Origin: a virus
Lineage: Duplodnaviria > Caudoviricetes
IMG/VR virus record: IMGVR_UViG_3300044513_000191
Location: 1-30,239 of that record
DNA: 30,239 bases
Direction: 5' to 3' (one strand)
Both the position numbers and the translations under genes were made by a program. Positions 8,083 to 16,343 of the stretch are shown here, in pieces (the stretch's first letter is position 1; each line of letters starts with the position of its first letter). The notes under the pieces were generated by a model. That model was given only the letters and a program-made list of their open reading frames with translations, ran no database searches and was not told where the DNA came from.

Positions 8083-9255
8083 TTAATAAATAAAATATTC
8101 CCCTTTGTTTGGGTTCTCTAATTGGTCTGTTAATACATACCTAGCTGCATCTATACAGTCAGGATGCTCCCCTGTAGGTTTTTGTAGTGTGTTACCTTCT
8201 TTGTCTTTTGCCCATACATATCCTGCTAATTCACGTTTAAGGTTCTTACTTCTTGCAGTTACATATATTTCGTTTTGGTTCATTAGGTTTAAACCATATA
8301 CTACTGAATCCCTTCCTTTGCTTACTCCATATACAGAATGTCCATATGCTTGTAGTTCTGCTATTGATTTTGGTTCAGCTGAATCAGCTACAATGTTTTC
8401 TTTTATATCTAATTGAGTTAAGTATCTACTTATATCCCTGTTTAACATTCCTTTCTTATATAGAACCTCATCATAGATATACGCATCATTCCATTTATAT
8501 AATGCAATTAATGTAGTAGGGTCTACTGAATAACCAAAGTCCATTCCATAAGCTAACAACCTTGATTCTTGTGGTAGGTTATCTATTTCTTTCCAATCAG
8601 GAATACACACACCTTCTAAACTTCCTGTTTCTCCTAATCCATATACCCTCCACCAGTTTGCCCAATAGGTTGAGGTTTTAGCTTTCTCTTTAGCTTTCTC
8701 TATTTCTTTTACAATAGATTCAGGTAGTGCATCGTTATCCTTGTAGGTTAGTGTAATGTAATCAGTATCTTCTTTACCTATCAATTCTTTATCTACCCAA
8801 AACAAGTTACTTGGATTATAATCTAGCCATATATTTCCACTTGTTCTTACTGCTAATTGATTGTAAGCATCAAAGGGTACGTTGTTACACTCGTTTATAT
8901 ATAAGTCTGTCCTTCTTGCTCCACGTAGTTTATCTGGTTGGTCTGTACTAAAAAACTCAATATAGCTACCATTTGTAAATATGTATTTTAAGGTACTTTT
9001 ATTGAACTGATTATCCTTATACCTATTAAGCCCTTTAAGTATGCCTAAGAAGTCCTTTAAAGCACCTCTACGAAGATGTGGTATTGATTCACTTACTACA
9101 CTAATTTCTTTACCCTCATTTTTAATGGCATAGTCAATAAGCAGACAAAGGATTGAAATTGTTTTAGAAGCACTTGTACCACCTTTAACTATTCTAATCC
9201 TATTATCTAACTTTCTTAACTTTTTTAATGCTATGGTTTTTTTAACCTGCATCAA
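8083..9255 (-). CDS. terL: Terminase large subunit (PBSX/SPP1-like)
   Basis: Walker A GGTSASKT, Walker B LYINE, DYNP coupling motif, RNase H-like GMDFG, DSAEP and DCIDAARY. Confidence 0.93.
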   Translation of the reverse strand: MMQVKKTIALKKLRKLDNRIRIVKGGTSASKTISILCLLIDYAIKNEGKEISVVSESIPHLRRGALKDFLGILKGLNRYKDNQFNKSTLKYIFTNGSYIEFFSTDQPDKLRGARRTDLYINECNNVPFDAYNQLAVRTSGNIWLDYNPSNLFWVDKELIGKEDTDYITLTYKDNDALPESIVKEIEKAKEKAKTSTYWANWWRVYGLGETGSLEGVCIPDWKEIDNLPQESRLLAYGMDFGYSVDPTTLIALYKWNDAYIYDEVLYKKGMLNRDISRYLTQLDIKENIVADSAEPKSIAELQAYGHSVYGVSKGRDSVVYGLNLMNQNEIYVTARSKNLKRELAGYVWAKDKEGNTLQKPTGEHPDCIDAARYVLTDQLENPNKGEYFIY

Positions 9256-9491
9256 TCAATAAATAATGGTAAATCTTCGTTGATAGTAATATCTTTAGTT
9301 TCTCTTGGTTTTCCTGCATAGTAATTATAAAACAACTGAACATACTTAAAGTCTTTCTGTTCTAATCCTTTTTGTAATGCTTCAAATGCTAATGGTTCTA
9401 ATGGTGTTAGCTTTTCTATAAGTGCAACTTCATCAGCTTTAGGTTTTCTACCTGCATTTTTATTCCCACCGTTAAACTTTCTTTTATCCAT
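9252..9491 (-). CDS. Putative terminase small subunit
   Basis: MDKRKFNGGNKNAGRKPK... (AGRKP motif); immediately upstream of and overlapping terL; ATG at 9491. Confidence 0.7.
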   Translation of the reverse strand: MDKRKFNGGNKNAGRKPKADEVALIEKLTPLEPLAFEALQKGLEQKDFKYVQLFYNYYAGKPRETKDITINEDLPLFID

Positions 9492-9523
9492 AATCAAAAA
9501 ATATCATTAATGATTCTACTATA

Positions 9524-9549
9524 ACAATAAGATTTACATTGTTTTGTTA
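9524..9549 (-). promoter_or_regulatory. Late promoter motif copy 2, upstream of the terminase genes
   Basis: Plus strand acaataa-13 nt-ttgtta. Confidence 0.75.
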
Positions 9550-9568
9550 ATAGAAAATTATATTTTCC

Positions 9569-10078
9569 CTAAACTAAATCAAATTCTCCACTTGCAATTC
9601 TCTTTGGTTCGTGCTTTTTTAAACGTGCTTTTAAGAAGTTATACTTGTTTAATAGTGTATCGTATTTTTTAGCTTCTTCTACTAATGCTTCTGCAATTTT
9701 ATTGTTTACTATGTAATTATGTTTTTCTTCTAGTTTCTTGTATTCTATTTCATAATATCCTTCTATTGAAACAGCTTGTGTAAAAAAATCAGGGTTTATT
9801 TTTGCAGCGTGTTCCACTCTTTTGTTTAGGGTCTCATAGTCTTGTCTTAATTGTTCATCATATTCTAACCAATCTTTTATGTTTTTTAATGAATGTAATG
9901 CTGTTGCGTGGTCTCTATTCATTGTCTTACCTATTGCTTCTAAACTCATTCTGCTATTATCCCTTAATAGTTTATAATAGATTGCACGTGCTTCTACATA
10001 CTTTCTTTGTCTTGTTTTTAAATCTATTTTTAATTTATAAAAATCTTCTACTATCTTTTTAATCATTTCGTGGTTCAT
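9569..10078 (-). CDS. DNA-binding protein with a DnaA C-terminal-like HTH domain and a coiled-coil tail
   Basis: R-x-R-x-x-V-x-AR...SLEAIGKTMNRDHATALHS matches the DnaA domain IV signature (RDHTTVLH). Confidence 0.8.
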   Translation of the reverse strand: MNHEMIKKIVEDFYKLKIDLKTRQRKYVEARAIYYKLLRDNSRMSLEAIGKTMNRDHATALHSLKNIKDWLEYDEQLRQDYETLNKRVEHAAKINPDFFTQAVSIEGYYEIEYKKLEEKHNYIVNNKIAEALVEEAKKYDTLLNKYNFLKARLKKHEPKRIASGEFDLV

Positions 10079-10283
10079 TGTCTATTTCGTTTATTGTGTT
10101 AATTATTTCTCTTATTGTCATATATCCTGATTCGTGTATTGCTTTTAATATTCCTGCACACGCTTCAAACTCGTCAACCTCCTCATACATATCAATAGCT
10201 TCTTCAAGTTCTGATATATCTTTACCGTTTGCTATATCTATTAAAGCAAGTAAGTAAAACTCTTCTACTATATCTTTATTCAT
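10059..10283 (-). CDS. Hypothetical acidic protein with a UVR-like helical motif
   Basis: 74 aa; AIDMYEEVDEFEACAGI resembles the E(D/E)(F/Y)E-x-(A/C)A-x-I motif. Confidence 0.6.
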   Translation of the reverse strand: MNKDIVEEFYLLALIDIANGKDISELEEAIDMYEEVDEFEACAGILKAIHESGYMTIREIINTINEIDNEPRND

Positions 10284-11025
10284 TTTTTACAAATGTGCCA
10301 TTAACCATTTTACCTGTTCTATTTATTATTATGTTATAAGCACTATCGATACAATCTTCTATTTTTAAATTTTCAAGTTCTGCTAGATTAGTTAATACAA
10401 CTACAATATCACCTATAGCATCTATTATTTCTTCTTTATCCTTATTAAGTAATGCTTTTGCTAGCTCGCCCGATTCTTCTTGTAGTTTGATGTATTGTGT
10501 TTTAGAATCTCCTTTATCTAGTATTCCTTTATCTTTCGCCCACTGTCTTATGTTATCAAAGATAGTAGCCGTAGATGTTTTGTAGTAGTGCCACAAAGTT
10601 TCGTTGTATATATACATTGGTAAATTAGGAAATTGACTTTTCTTTAGTTTTTTTTCTATAAAATCTTTTATGTCTTCTGTAACTTCTACTTCTCCAAAGT
10701 CTGGTAAATTAATTGTTTTTAAATAAGAATACTTTTCTTTAAAATCTTTTTTTTCAAATACTTTTTTAAATGTTGTAGTCTCTTGTGTGATATGTAATTC
10801 TTCCATTTTATTTACGTTTAGTTTATTATAAGGTGTTCTATCTCTTTTGTATCCGTATTTGTCTTGCATCTCTATTTCTTTGTTTGATGCATCATTAATA
10901 TCTGTTGTTGTATATAATATTTCATATTCTCTTACCCCTTGCTCTTGTTCTACTCTTTTTTTTAATCTATGAGTACAGCCTATTTTATTTGTTCTAGGTA
11001 TTCTATATATGTAATAAATTTTCAT
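10276..11025 (-). CDS. Fusion protein: N-terminal GIY-YIG-like domain, linker domain, C-terminal MazG-like NTP pyrophosphohydrolase
   Basis: N-terminus YIY-x7-IGCT-x5-R...E; C-terminus QWAKDKGI...KLQEESGEL...EIIDAIGD...RTGKMVNGTFVK (EExxE...ExxD). The MazG call is firmer than the nuclease call. Confidence 0.8.
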   Translation of the reverse strand: MKIYYIYRIPRTNKIGCTHRLKKRVEQEQGVREYEILYTTTDINDASNKEIEMQDKYGYKRDRTPYNKLNVNKMEELHITQETTTFKKVFEKKDFKEKYSYLKTINLPDFGEVEVTEDIKDFIEKKLKKSQFPNLPMYIYNETLWHYYKTSTATIFDNIRQWAKDKGILDKGDSKTQYIKLQEESGELAKALLNKDKEEIIDAIGDIVVVLTNLAELENLKIEDCIDSAYNIIINRTGKMVNGTFVKNE

Positions 11026-11777
11026 ATAGCTAAAGGCGCTTTTATTAATTTATTTGATTTATAATTATGCAAATAATAATCATCATAACTTCCTTTTAAT
11101 TCTGGAAGTTTATAAATTTTATTTTTAATATATAAATTTACTTGTTCAATATGATTCTCGTAAAGGTGTGCATCTGCTAAATTTAATCCTAATTGATGAG
11201 GTACTAAATTACATTGCTTAGATATTTCAATTAAAAACAATGCTCCAAAAATTATATCATACGGCAAACCTAAAAATAAATCTGAACTTCTGAAATGCAT
11301 TGCTAAATTTAACTTATTATTACTTCTTACAAAATTCATTTGAGTATAGCAACAGGGTAAAGATTGCTCTTTTAAATCAGAGGGATTCCACAAAGTAATA
11401 ACAGCTCTTCGCGTATTGTTTTTTATTTCATTAATGCAATATTCAATTTGATTTATAGAATTATTGTATTTTTTAATTTGATGCCCATACACTTTTCCTA
11501 GCTGCCCATTAACAGCAAATTCATTCCACCAGTTAATATTATTATCTTGTAAATATTTCAAATCCGTACGACCTTCATATATCCATTTAAATTCAGCTAA
11601 TGCCTTTTTAAAATATATTTTTTTTCCTGTTATTATAGGGAAACCTTCGTTTAAATTAATATTAATATTTTGATTAAATAATTTTAATGTATTTATTCCC
11701 GTTCTATTTTTAGTGCTTTCACCATATTGTAAAGTGCGTAATAATAATTTTTTATATGTTTGTTCTAAATTATTCAT
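11022..11777 (-). CDS. thyA: Thymidylate synthase-family enzyme with dCMP-type specificity residues (predicted dCMP methylase)
   Basis: RTG, ExxW, YG, RR, catalytic Cys143, RSSD, HLYxNH and C-terminal IKAPLAI are present; Asp174 replaces the canonical Asn and Tyr144 replaces His. Family is secure, substrate is inferred. Confidence 0.9.
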   Translation of the reverse strand: MNNLEQTYKKLLLRTLQYGESTKNRTGINTLKLFNQNININLNEGFPIITGKKIYFKKALAEFKWIYEGRTDLKYLQDNNINWWNEFAVNGQLGKVYGHQIKKYNNSINQIEYCINEIKNNTRRAVITLWNPSDLKEQSLPCCYTQMNFVRSNNKLNLAMHFRSSDLFLGLPYDIIFGALFLIEISKQCNLVPHQLGLNLADAHLYENHIEQVNLYIKNKIYKLPELKGSYDDYYLHNYKSNKLIKAPLAI

Positions 11778-12033
11778 TATTTTTAAAATTATTTAATGCT
11801 GCTATATATCCCACTGCATCTAACAAAGTGTCTTCTTTTAAGTTATAAGACATCCTACTTATTTTTAAAGCAATCATACATTTGTAAAAGTCTTCTGCAG
11901 TAATTTTTTTATTACATAATTCAGTTGCTACTATTGCAGCCTTTTCCATTGAATCTTTAAATGGGCCATACTCTCTTTCTTTTTCTTCAAGCCTAAGATT
12001 AATAATTTTATTAGCTTCTTCTAATATATTCAT
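11770..12033 (-). CDS. Small all-alpha protein, DUF6378-like (nucleotide-modification/NTP-PPase associated)
   Basis: ILEEANKII...REYG...MIALKISR...DTLLDAVGY pattern recognised from memory. Confidence 0.7.
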   Translation of the reverse strand: MNILEEANKIINLRLEEKEREYGPFKDSMEKAAIVATELCNKKITAEDFYKCMIALKISRMSYNLKEDTLLDAVGYIAALNNFKNNE

Positions 12034-12797
12034 AATATTGCTCTCATTACATATTGGTCTAAATCATTGTCTTGTTCAAAGAAGTACTTGTAATTGTCTA
12101 CTGCTTGTATAAATTTCTGTTCGCCTTTTGCTATAAAGTCATCAGTGGTTTCAAATATTCCTATGTCAGTACTTGCTTTGTCTATTACTAGAAAGGTAAA
12201 CTTCTTTTTGTTAAACAGTCTTAGATACATATATGCCTGTAAGTCGTAACCATATTTATCAGCTGACCATTTAAAACTTGATAGTTCAGCGGTAGTTTTA
12301 TAGTCTATTATTGTATCGCCTTGTATGATATCTGCTTTACCCCTAAATGGTAATCCATTTAACATAGCTACTTCAGGTACTTCAAATTCACTATCGGTTA
12401 GTAATTGTAGTGCTGCTTCATTTCTAAATATTGCATCCGTTAGACGCTCTGCTGCACTTCTTTCTTTTGTTAGGAATACTTCCCCATACTGTTCTTTAGC
12501 TTCCTTATATATCTTTGTGTTCTTTGTGGAAGCATCTACAAAGTGTAATTCATCTATTTTGTGTGGTTCTAATACCATCCAATGCGCTAACTTACCCGCT
12601 GCTAATGCAGGACTATCCCCATTAGGGTCTCCATACTTTATTACGTTTCTATAAGTCTTTGGACTTTTGAGTATCATTTTAAGACTTGAACTGCTTAAAG
12701 CGTGTTTGCCTAAATGAAAATAGTAAAAAGTGTCATCGTACATTTGTGCAAGGATTTCTTCCTTACCCCATACTTCTCCATTTAATAGTGTAATCAT
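12030..12797 (-). CDS. PD-(D/E)XK exonuclease, RecE/ExoVIII-like (DUF3799-like)
   Basis: LSSSSLK, GKLAHWMVLEP, E...KAD...IIDYKTT and YGYDLQAYMY motifs. Confidence 0.85.
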   Translation of the reverse strand: MITLLNGEVWGKEEILAQMYDDTFYYFHLGKHALSSSSLKMILKSPKTYRNVIKYGDPNGDSPALAAGKLAHWMVLEPHKIDELHFVDASTKNTKIYKEAKEQYGEVFLTKERSAAERLTDAIFRNEAALQLLTDSEFEVPEVAMLNGLPFRGKADIIQGDTIIDYKTTAELSSFKWSADKYGYDLQAYMYLRLFNKKKFTFLVIDKASTDIGIFETTDDFIAKGEQKFIQAVDNYKYFFEQDNDLDQYVMRAIL

Positions 12798-12943
12798 AAT
12801 CTTGTTATTTCTTGTTGTTGTTCGTTACGTTTGTTTAATTCTTGTTCGCATCTCCTGCGATATCCATTAAGTTGTGTAGGGTCATTTACTACCCTTTCTA
12901 GTTCTTGGATAGTGTAAGATTGATAAAATAGTTCTTCGTACAT
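12794..12943 (-). CDS. Hypothetical 49-aa protein (not in track)
   Basis: MYEELFYQSYTIQELERVV...EITRL*; ATGA overlap with the exonuclease; follows a host-type promoter. Confidence 0.65.
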   Translation of the reverse strand: MYEELFYQSYTIQELERVVNDPTQLNGYRRRCEQELNKRNEQQQEITRL

Positions 12944-12959
12944 AATTGTTTTGTTTTTG

Positions 12960-12984
12960 TAAATATAAACAATTTTTTAACAAA
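12960..12984 (-). promoter_or_regulatory. Host-type promoter candidate
   Basis: TATATTTA -7-like box (12967-12960) followed by an A-rich leader; the nearest TTTG is closer than usual (13 nt). Confidence 0.45.
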
Positions 12985-12986
12985 TA

Positions 12987-13112
12987 CTACTTTTCTTCTT
13001 TATTTTTTTCTAATTTTTTTTCAATTACTTCAATCTTATTTAAAGCAACCACTAATGCTTGTTGTACTAGTTTAAGGTCGTACTGCATTTTTACTAATGT
13101 TTGTTCTTTCAT
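12987..13112 (-). CDS. Hypothetical 41-aa coiled-coil protein (not in track)
   Basis: MKEQTLVKMQYDLKLVQQALVVALNKIEVIEKKLEKNKEEK*; ATGA overlap with the upstream gene. Confidence 0.65.
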   Translation of the reverse strand: MKEQTLVKMQYDLKLVQQALVVALNKIEVIEKKLEKNKEEK

Positions 13113-13378
13113 TTCTGTTTTTTTAGTTTCTCTATATATAAAGTAGCATCCATTAGTTCTTCCTGCAAGTGAGTAAGAAAAGCATAGAAACCATCAGGAC
13201 TATCGTGTAAAGTTGTACCATATTTTATAATACCATCCCTTGAACGTGCCTTATATTTATCTATTACACTTAACACTATCGGGTCTTTAGGTAAGTTGTT
13301 ATAAGAATATCCTGTGCTATCTGTAGACCACTTACCATCTTCCATCATTTCTTCGTACTTCTTTATTGAATCACTCAT
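13109..13378 (-). CDS. Small all-alpha NTP-PPase-like (MazG-superfamily) protein
   Basis: R-x-x-x-G-x-x-KYGTTL...HLQEELMDATLY motif. Confidence 0.6.
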   Translation of the reverse strand: MSDSIKKYEEMMEDGKWSTDSTGYSYNNLPKDPIVLSVIDKYKARSRDGIIKYGTTLHDSPDGFYAFLTHLQEELMDATLYIEKLKKQK

Positions 13379-13469
13379 AACTATTTGATTTATCTTTTAT
13401 TGCTTTTACTATCATTGCTTCAAACAATCTTAAAATTCCATATCCCAAAATAATCTTAAAGACCAACAT
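13371..13469 (-). CDS. Possible 32-aa hydrophobic peptide (not in track)
   Basis: MLVFKIILGYGILRLFEAMIVKAIKDKSNSYE*; fills the gap and overlaps both neighbours. Confidence 0.45.
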   Translation of the reverse strand: MLVFKIILGYGILRLFEAMIVKAIKDKSNSYE

Positions 13470-13770
13470 TTATTTTTGTTTGTAGTTTATCAATTTTTCT
13501 TTGTAGTTCAGCTATTTTACTTTCAGCTTCTCTAGCACGTATAACTGCCCTTGTTTTATCACTTCTATATTCGCTTAATGATTGTTCATATGCCCTTTCA
13601 TTACTAATTAAGTTGTGTACATAAAACCCTACTTCTTGCCACGCATAATACATATCGTTTAAAGCTTGATTCTCTGGCTTTAGTTTTTTAGATTTAACTA
13701 TATGCTCCCCAATTAAATTAAAGTTTGTATAGTACTCTGCTTCCTTGATATTGTTTAGTTTTTTATTCAT
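13456..13770 (-). CDS. Hypothetical coiled-coil protein
   Basis: Probable ATG at 13770 (MNKKLNNIKEAEYY...), overlapping the upstream stop. Confidence 0.7.
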   Translation of the reverse strand: MNKKLNNIKEAEYYTNFNLIGEHIVKSKKLKPENQALNDMYYAWQEVGFYVHNLISNERAYEQSLSEYRSDKTRAVIRAREAESKIAELQRKIDKLQTKINVGL

Positions 13771-14173
13771 ATTCTTTAAATAATCGTTCCAACTTCTTCC
13801 AAACACCGTTAAGAAAACAACTACTACAGCTTGTTAATTCTCTATTGTCTTTAAATACTCTATTGTAAATAGATAATAGTTCTTTTTGCTCAGGTACTGT
13901 AACTTGATTAATCTTTCCAATACGTTCTGATAAATAATTGTATTCATCTTCTGTAAAGCATAAAGGCTTTTGGTATGGGAATATATGATTCAATGTTTTC
14001 TTTCTTTCATCACACCCACAGTCTTCTCCTGCTAAAAACTTAACCGCTTTTTCTATTCCAGTTGCTTTTGTAATCTTTGCAACGGTATCTCCAACACCTT
14101 CACTTTTATTAGCGTGGTTCTTTTTCCATTCTTTGTAAGCCTTGCTTCTTTTGTCTCCTTTAAATTCTTCCAT
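13763..14173 (-). CDS. Conserved phage protein with CGC and CxxC motifs
   Basis: GVGDTVAKITKATGI...DCGCDERK...TSCSSC; directly downstream of the sigma factor. Confidence 0.75.
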   Translation of the reverse strand: MEEFKGDKRSKAYKEWKKNHANKSEGVGDTVAKITKATGIEKAVKFLAGEDCGCDERKKTLNHIFPYQKPLCFTEDEYNYLSERIGKINQVTVPEQKELLSIYNRVFKDNRELTSCSSCFLNGVWKKLERLFKEYE

Positions 14174-14178
14174 AATTT

Positions 14179-14727
14179 TTAAATTAATTCGTAATCATTA
14201 TTTTTGTAATCTTCATAATCTTCGCCAAACTTTTCTTTTAATTCTTGCTTTGCATTTTTTAAAGTGTGGTATATACTTACCCAACTTATTCCTGTTTCAG
14301 CAGCTATACCCCTTATACTTAAATTAGAATCTCTGTAGAGAGTAAACAATTTCTTCTCATACCAACGCCAATTATCTATATGTTCGTCTATTAGTTGGCA
14401 TATACCATTGTATGCTACTTGCTCATCCATTTCCGAATAGTCTTGAATTTGTAGGGTAGATTCATTATCATCAATATAAACCTTTTTAATTCTTTTCTTA
14501 CTATTATAATATTGGAAATAAACAGCACGAATAGTAAAATAAATATAACCGCGACTGACATTGCCATTCTTAATAATTTTGTTTTCATCTGCATACTTAT
14601 ACAGTACAAGATACATCTCCTGTACAAAATCTTCAGCATAATTAAATTCGCCAAAGCTATTCACTATTTTAATCCACTCGTTATGTCTTTTAAAAACTAT
14701 TCCGAGCCATTCTGTTGGTTTATCCAT
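14179..14727 (-). CDS. Phage-encoded ECF-type sigma-70 factor
   Basis: Region 2 (AEDFVQEMYL...GYIYFTIR) and region 4 HTH (LSIRGIAAETGISWVSIYHTLKNAKQEL); 182 aa. Confidence 0.8.
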   Translation of the reverse strand: MDKPTEWLGIVFKRHNEWIKIVNSFGEFNYAEDFVQEMYLVLYKYADENKIIKNGNVSRGYIYFTIRAVYFQYYNSKKRIKKVYIDDNESTLQIQDYSEMDEQVAYNGICQLIDEHIDNWRWYEKKLFTLYRDSNLSIRGIAAETGISWVSIYHTLKNAKQELKEKFGEDYEDYKNNDYELI

Positions 14728-14918
14728 ATTACAGTTATACTAATTACCCCTAACAAACTTTGCAGGGTGTACTCATCTCCTTCTGTATATTGTTCTTTGT
14801 GATATAAAAATCCAAACATCATTCCTTTAATGGGACTTATTATAATGTCAGCACCTTTATTATGTCCTATAATAATAAAAATAAATGCCACAATTAATAA
14901 AAATCCTATTACTATCAT
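14697..14918 (-). CDS. Small protein with an N-terminal membrane anchor
   Basis: 73 aa; hydrophobic N-terminus; ATGA overlap with the helicase. Confidence 0.65.
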   Translation of the reverse strand: MIVIGFLLIVAFIFIIIGHNKGADIIISPIKGMMFGFLYHKEQYTEGDEYTLQSLLGVISITVIWINQQNGSE

Positions 14919-15826
14919 AATTGAAAAGTCTGTACTGGTTCTGTATTATGCATTAAATCTTTTCCTAAAAATTCAAATCCTACATTGTTTGTTTTCATTT
15001 TTAAACTTACAGGCTGTTCATATGGAGTAGGTCTTGCGCCTGATTCATTTTCCTTAATTTTTTGTACGTGAATATGACTATACATCCAATCAGTAGAATG
15101 AGCTACATATCTATGCAATGTCCATACATCATCAAACCTTGCCGAAACCTTTGAACCACCTTCTGCATCACTCATTGCTAATGGTCTTGTTAATCCTTCA
15201 AATTCGTGTCCTGAATGATGAACCTGACGTAGTGCAGAACTGACACCGTGCATATTTACACACAATTGAATATCATTTTTTCTACTAAATATCCTTAACT
15301 CGCTTAATACTTGATAGTCGTAATCGTGGCTGTTCCCAACCATCTTTAATATTGCAGCATCTTTTGATAAAGAATTATAAGGGTCAATAAGTAAACCATC
15401 GTAATTCCAAGCATCTTTTACCTGTTGTGCTTCTTTTAACAAACTTTTATAAGTATATAAATCTTCTACGTCTATAATCTTAAACCTACTATTTGCCCAT
15501 TCAACCGCATTATTAATCAATGTATCACTTGCCTTTTGTATAGGTTTACCCATATAAAATTCAATAATCTTTCTTAATATAGATTCAGGCGTGTTTTCAC
15601 TTGACCAAATTAAAAATTTAAGATTGTGCATTTTTGCCCATAATACATAAAAATAAATTAAGGTTGTGGTCTTACCTACGTTTGCGTGTCCTATAGCTGC
15701 TAAGGTATTTCTCTTAAATCTTATATGTTCATCAATCTCGGGTATTCCAATTCTTAAACCCTCCTTTACCCTACCGTACTTTATGTCTAATATTTTATCC
15801 TGTAGTTTCTTTGCTTGTGCTATCAT
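14915..15826 (-). CDS. DnaB-like (SF4) helicase ATPase domain
   Basis: Walker A GHANVGKTT, SSEN, Walker B LLIDPYN, H...K-x-K motifs; no primase domain. Confidence 0.8.
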   Translation of the reverse strand: MIAQAKKLQDKILDIKYGRVKEGLRIGIPEIDEHIRFKRNTLAAIGHANVGKTTTLIYFYVLWAKMHNLKFLIWSSENTPESILRKIIEFYMGKPIQKASDTLINNAVEWANSRFKIIDVEDLYTYKSLLKEAQQVKDAWNYDGLLIDPYNSLSKDAAILKMVGNSHDYDYQVLSELRIFSRKNDIQLCVNMHGVSSALRQVHHSGHEFEGLTRPLAMSDAEGGSKVSARFDDVWTLHRYVAHSTDWMYSHIHVQKIKENESGARPTPYEQPVSLKMKTNNVGFEFLGKDLMHNTEPVQTFQL

Positions 15827-15969
15827 ATTGCTTGTGTAATTTGTTTGTACTTTTTTTCTACTTCTTTTGAGTTTACTTCTCGCTTTTCTACTTTATAACC
15901 TGTAATTACATTTACGTTGTAATTCCAAAAGTCATCAGGAAAAGGGGCTCCTTCTTTGTATTGTTTCAT
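15823..15969 (-). CDS. Hypothetical 48-aa protein (not in track)
   Basis: MKQYKEGAPFPDDFWNYNVNVITGY...QAI*; ATGA overlap with the helicase. Confidence 0.65.
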   Translation of the reverse strand: MKQYKEGAPFPDDFWNYNVNVITGYKVEKREVNSKEVEKKYKQITQAI

Positions 15970-15978
15970 ATAAGGTAT

Positions 15979-16003
15979 AAAAAAAGGGGGTCGTTAAACC
16001 CCC
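15979..16003 (-). terminator. Rho-independent terminator after the SSB-like gene
   Basis: GGGGGT-TTAACG-ACCCCC followed by T7. Confidence 0.8.
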
Positions 16004-16010
16004 AATTAAA

Positions 16011-16343
16011 TTAAAATGGTAAATCTGCCGTTTCTTCTCTTGCAGGTTGTTGTTCGCTATTGGTAACATTTCCAATATAATTGGCAATTTTCCAACCGTT
16101 AATACTATTGTAGTACTTTCCGTTATACTCATTGCCACGAATATTAATAGAAACAGAAACAGGGTTACCTACCTTAAAGTTATTTAAAAGTAAAGTTTTG
16201 TCTCCCATAAAGTCAATAGCAATATCTTGTGGATACTGTTCAGTTGTTGTTACTACAAGCTGACGCTTTGCCCATTCTTTTCCTGCTTTAGACGTTCCCG
16301 TTTCCGTGTCCTGAATTAATTTGATGTTTCCTGTAATTTCCAT
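16011..16343 (-). CDS. Single-stranded DNA-binding-like protein (DUF3127-like)
   Basis: MEITGNI...EQYPQDIAIDF...INIRGNEYNGKYYNSINGWKI and an acidic C-terminal DLPF tail. Confidence 0.85.
   Translation of the reverse strand: MEITGNIKLIQDTETGTSKAGKEWAKRQLVVTTTEQYPQDIAIDFMGDKTLLLNNFKVGNPVSVSINIRGNEYNGKYYNSINGWKIANYIGNVTNSEQQPAREETADLPF

Noticed and set aside
11022-11777. Ordinary thymidylate synthase auxiliary gene, or intron-containing td
   Set aside because: The ORF is continuous with no intron, and the uracil-selecting Asn is Asp, so the plain dTMP-synthase reading is disfavoured though not excluded.
14415-14654. 79-aa off-frame ORF inside the sigma factor gene
   Set aside because: Fully nested and without a recognisable motif; the hydrophobic look is expected from a shifted AT-rich frame.
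15935-16138. 67-aa minus-strand ORF overlapping the SSB-like gene
   Set aside because: Runs through the SSB-like gene and a clear terminator; the 15823-15969 ORF fits the operon better.
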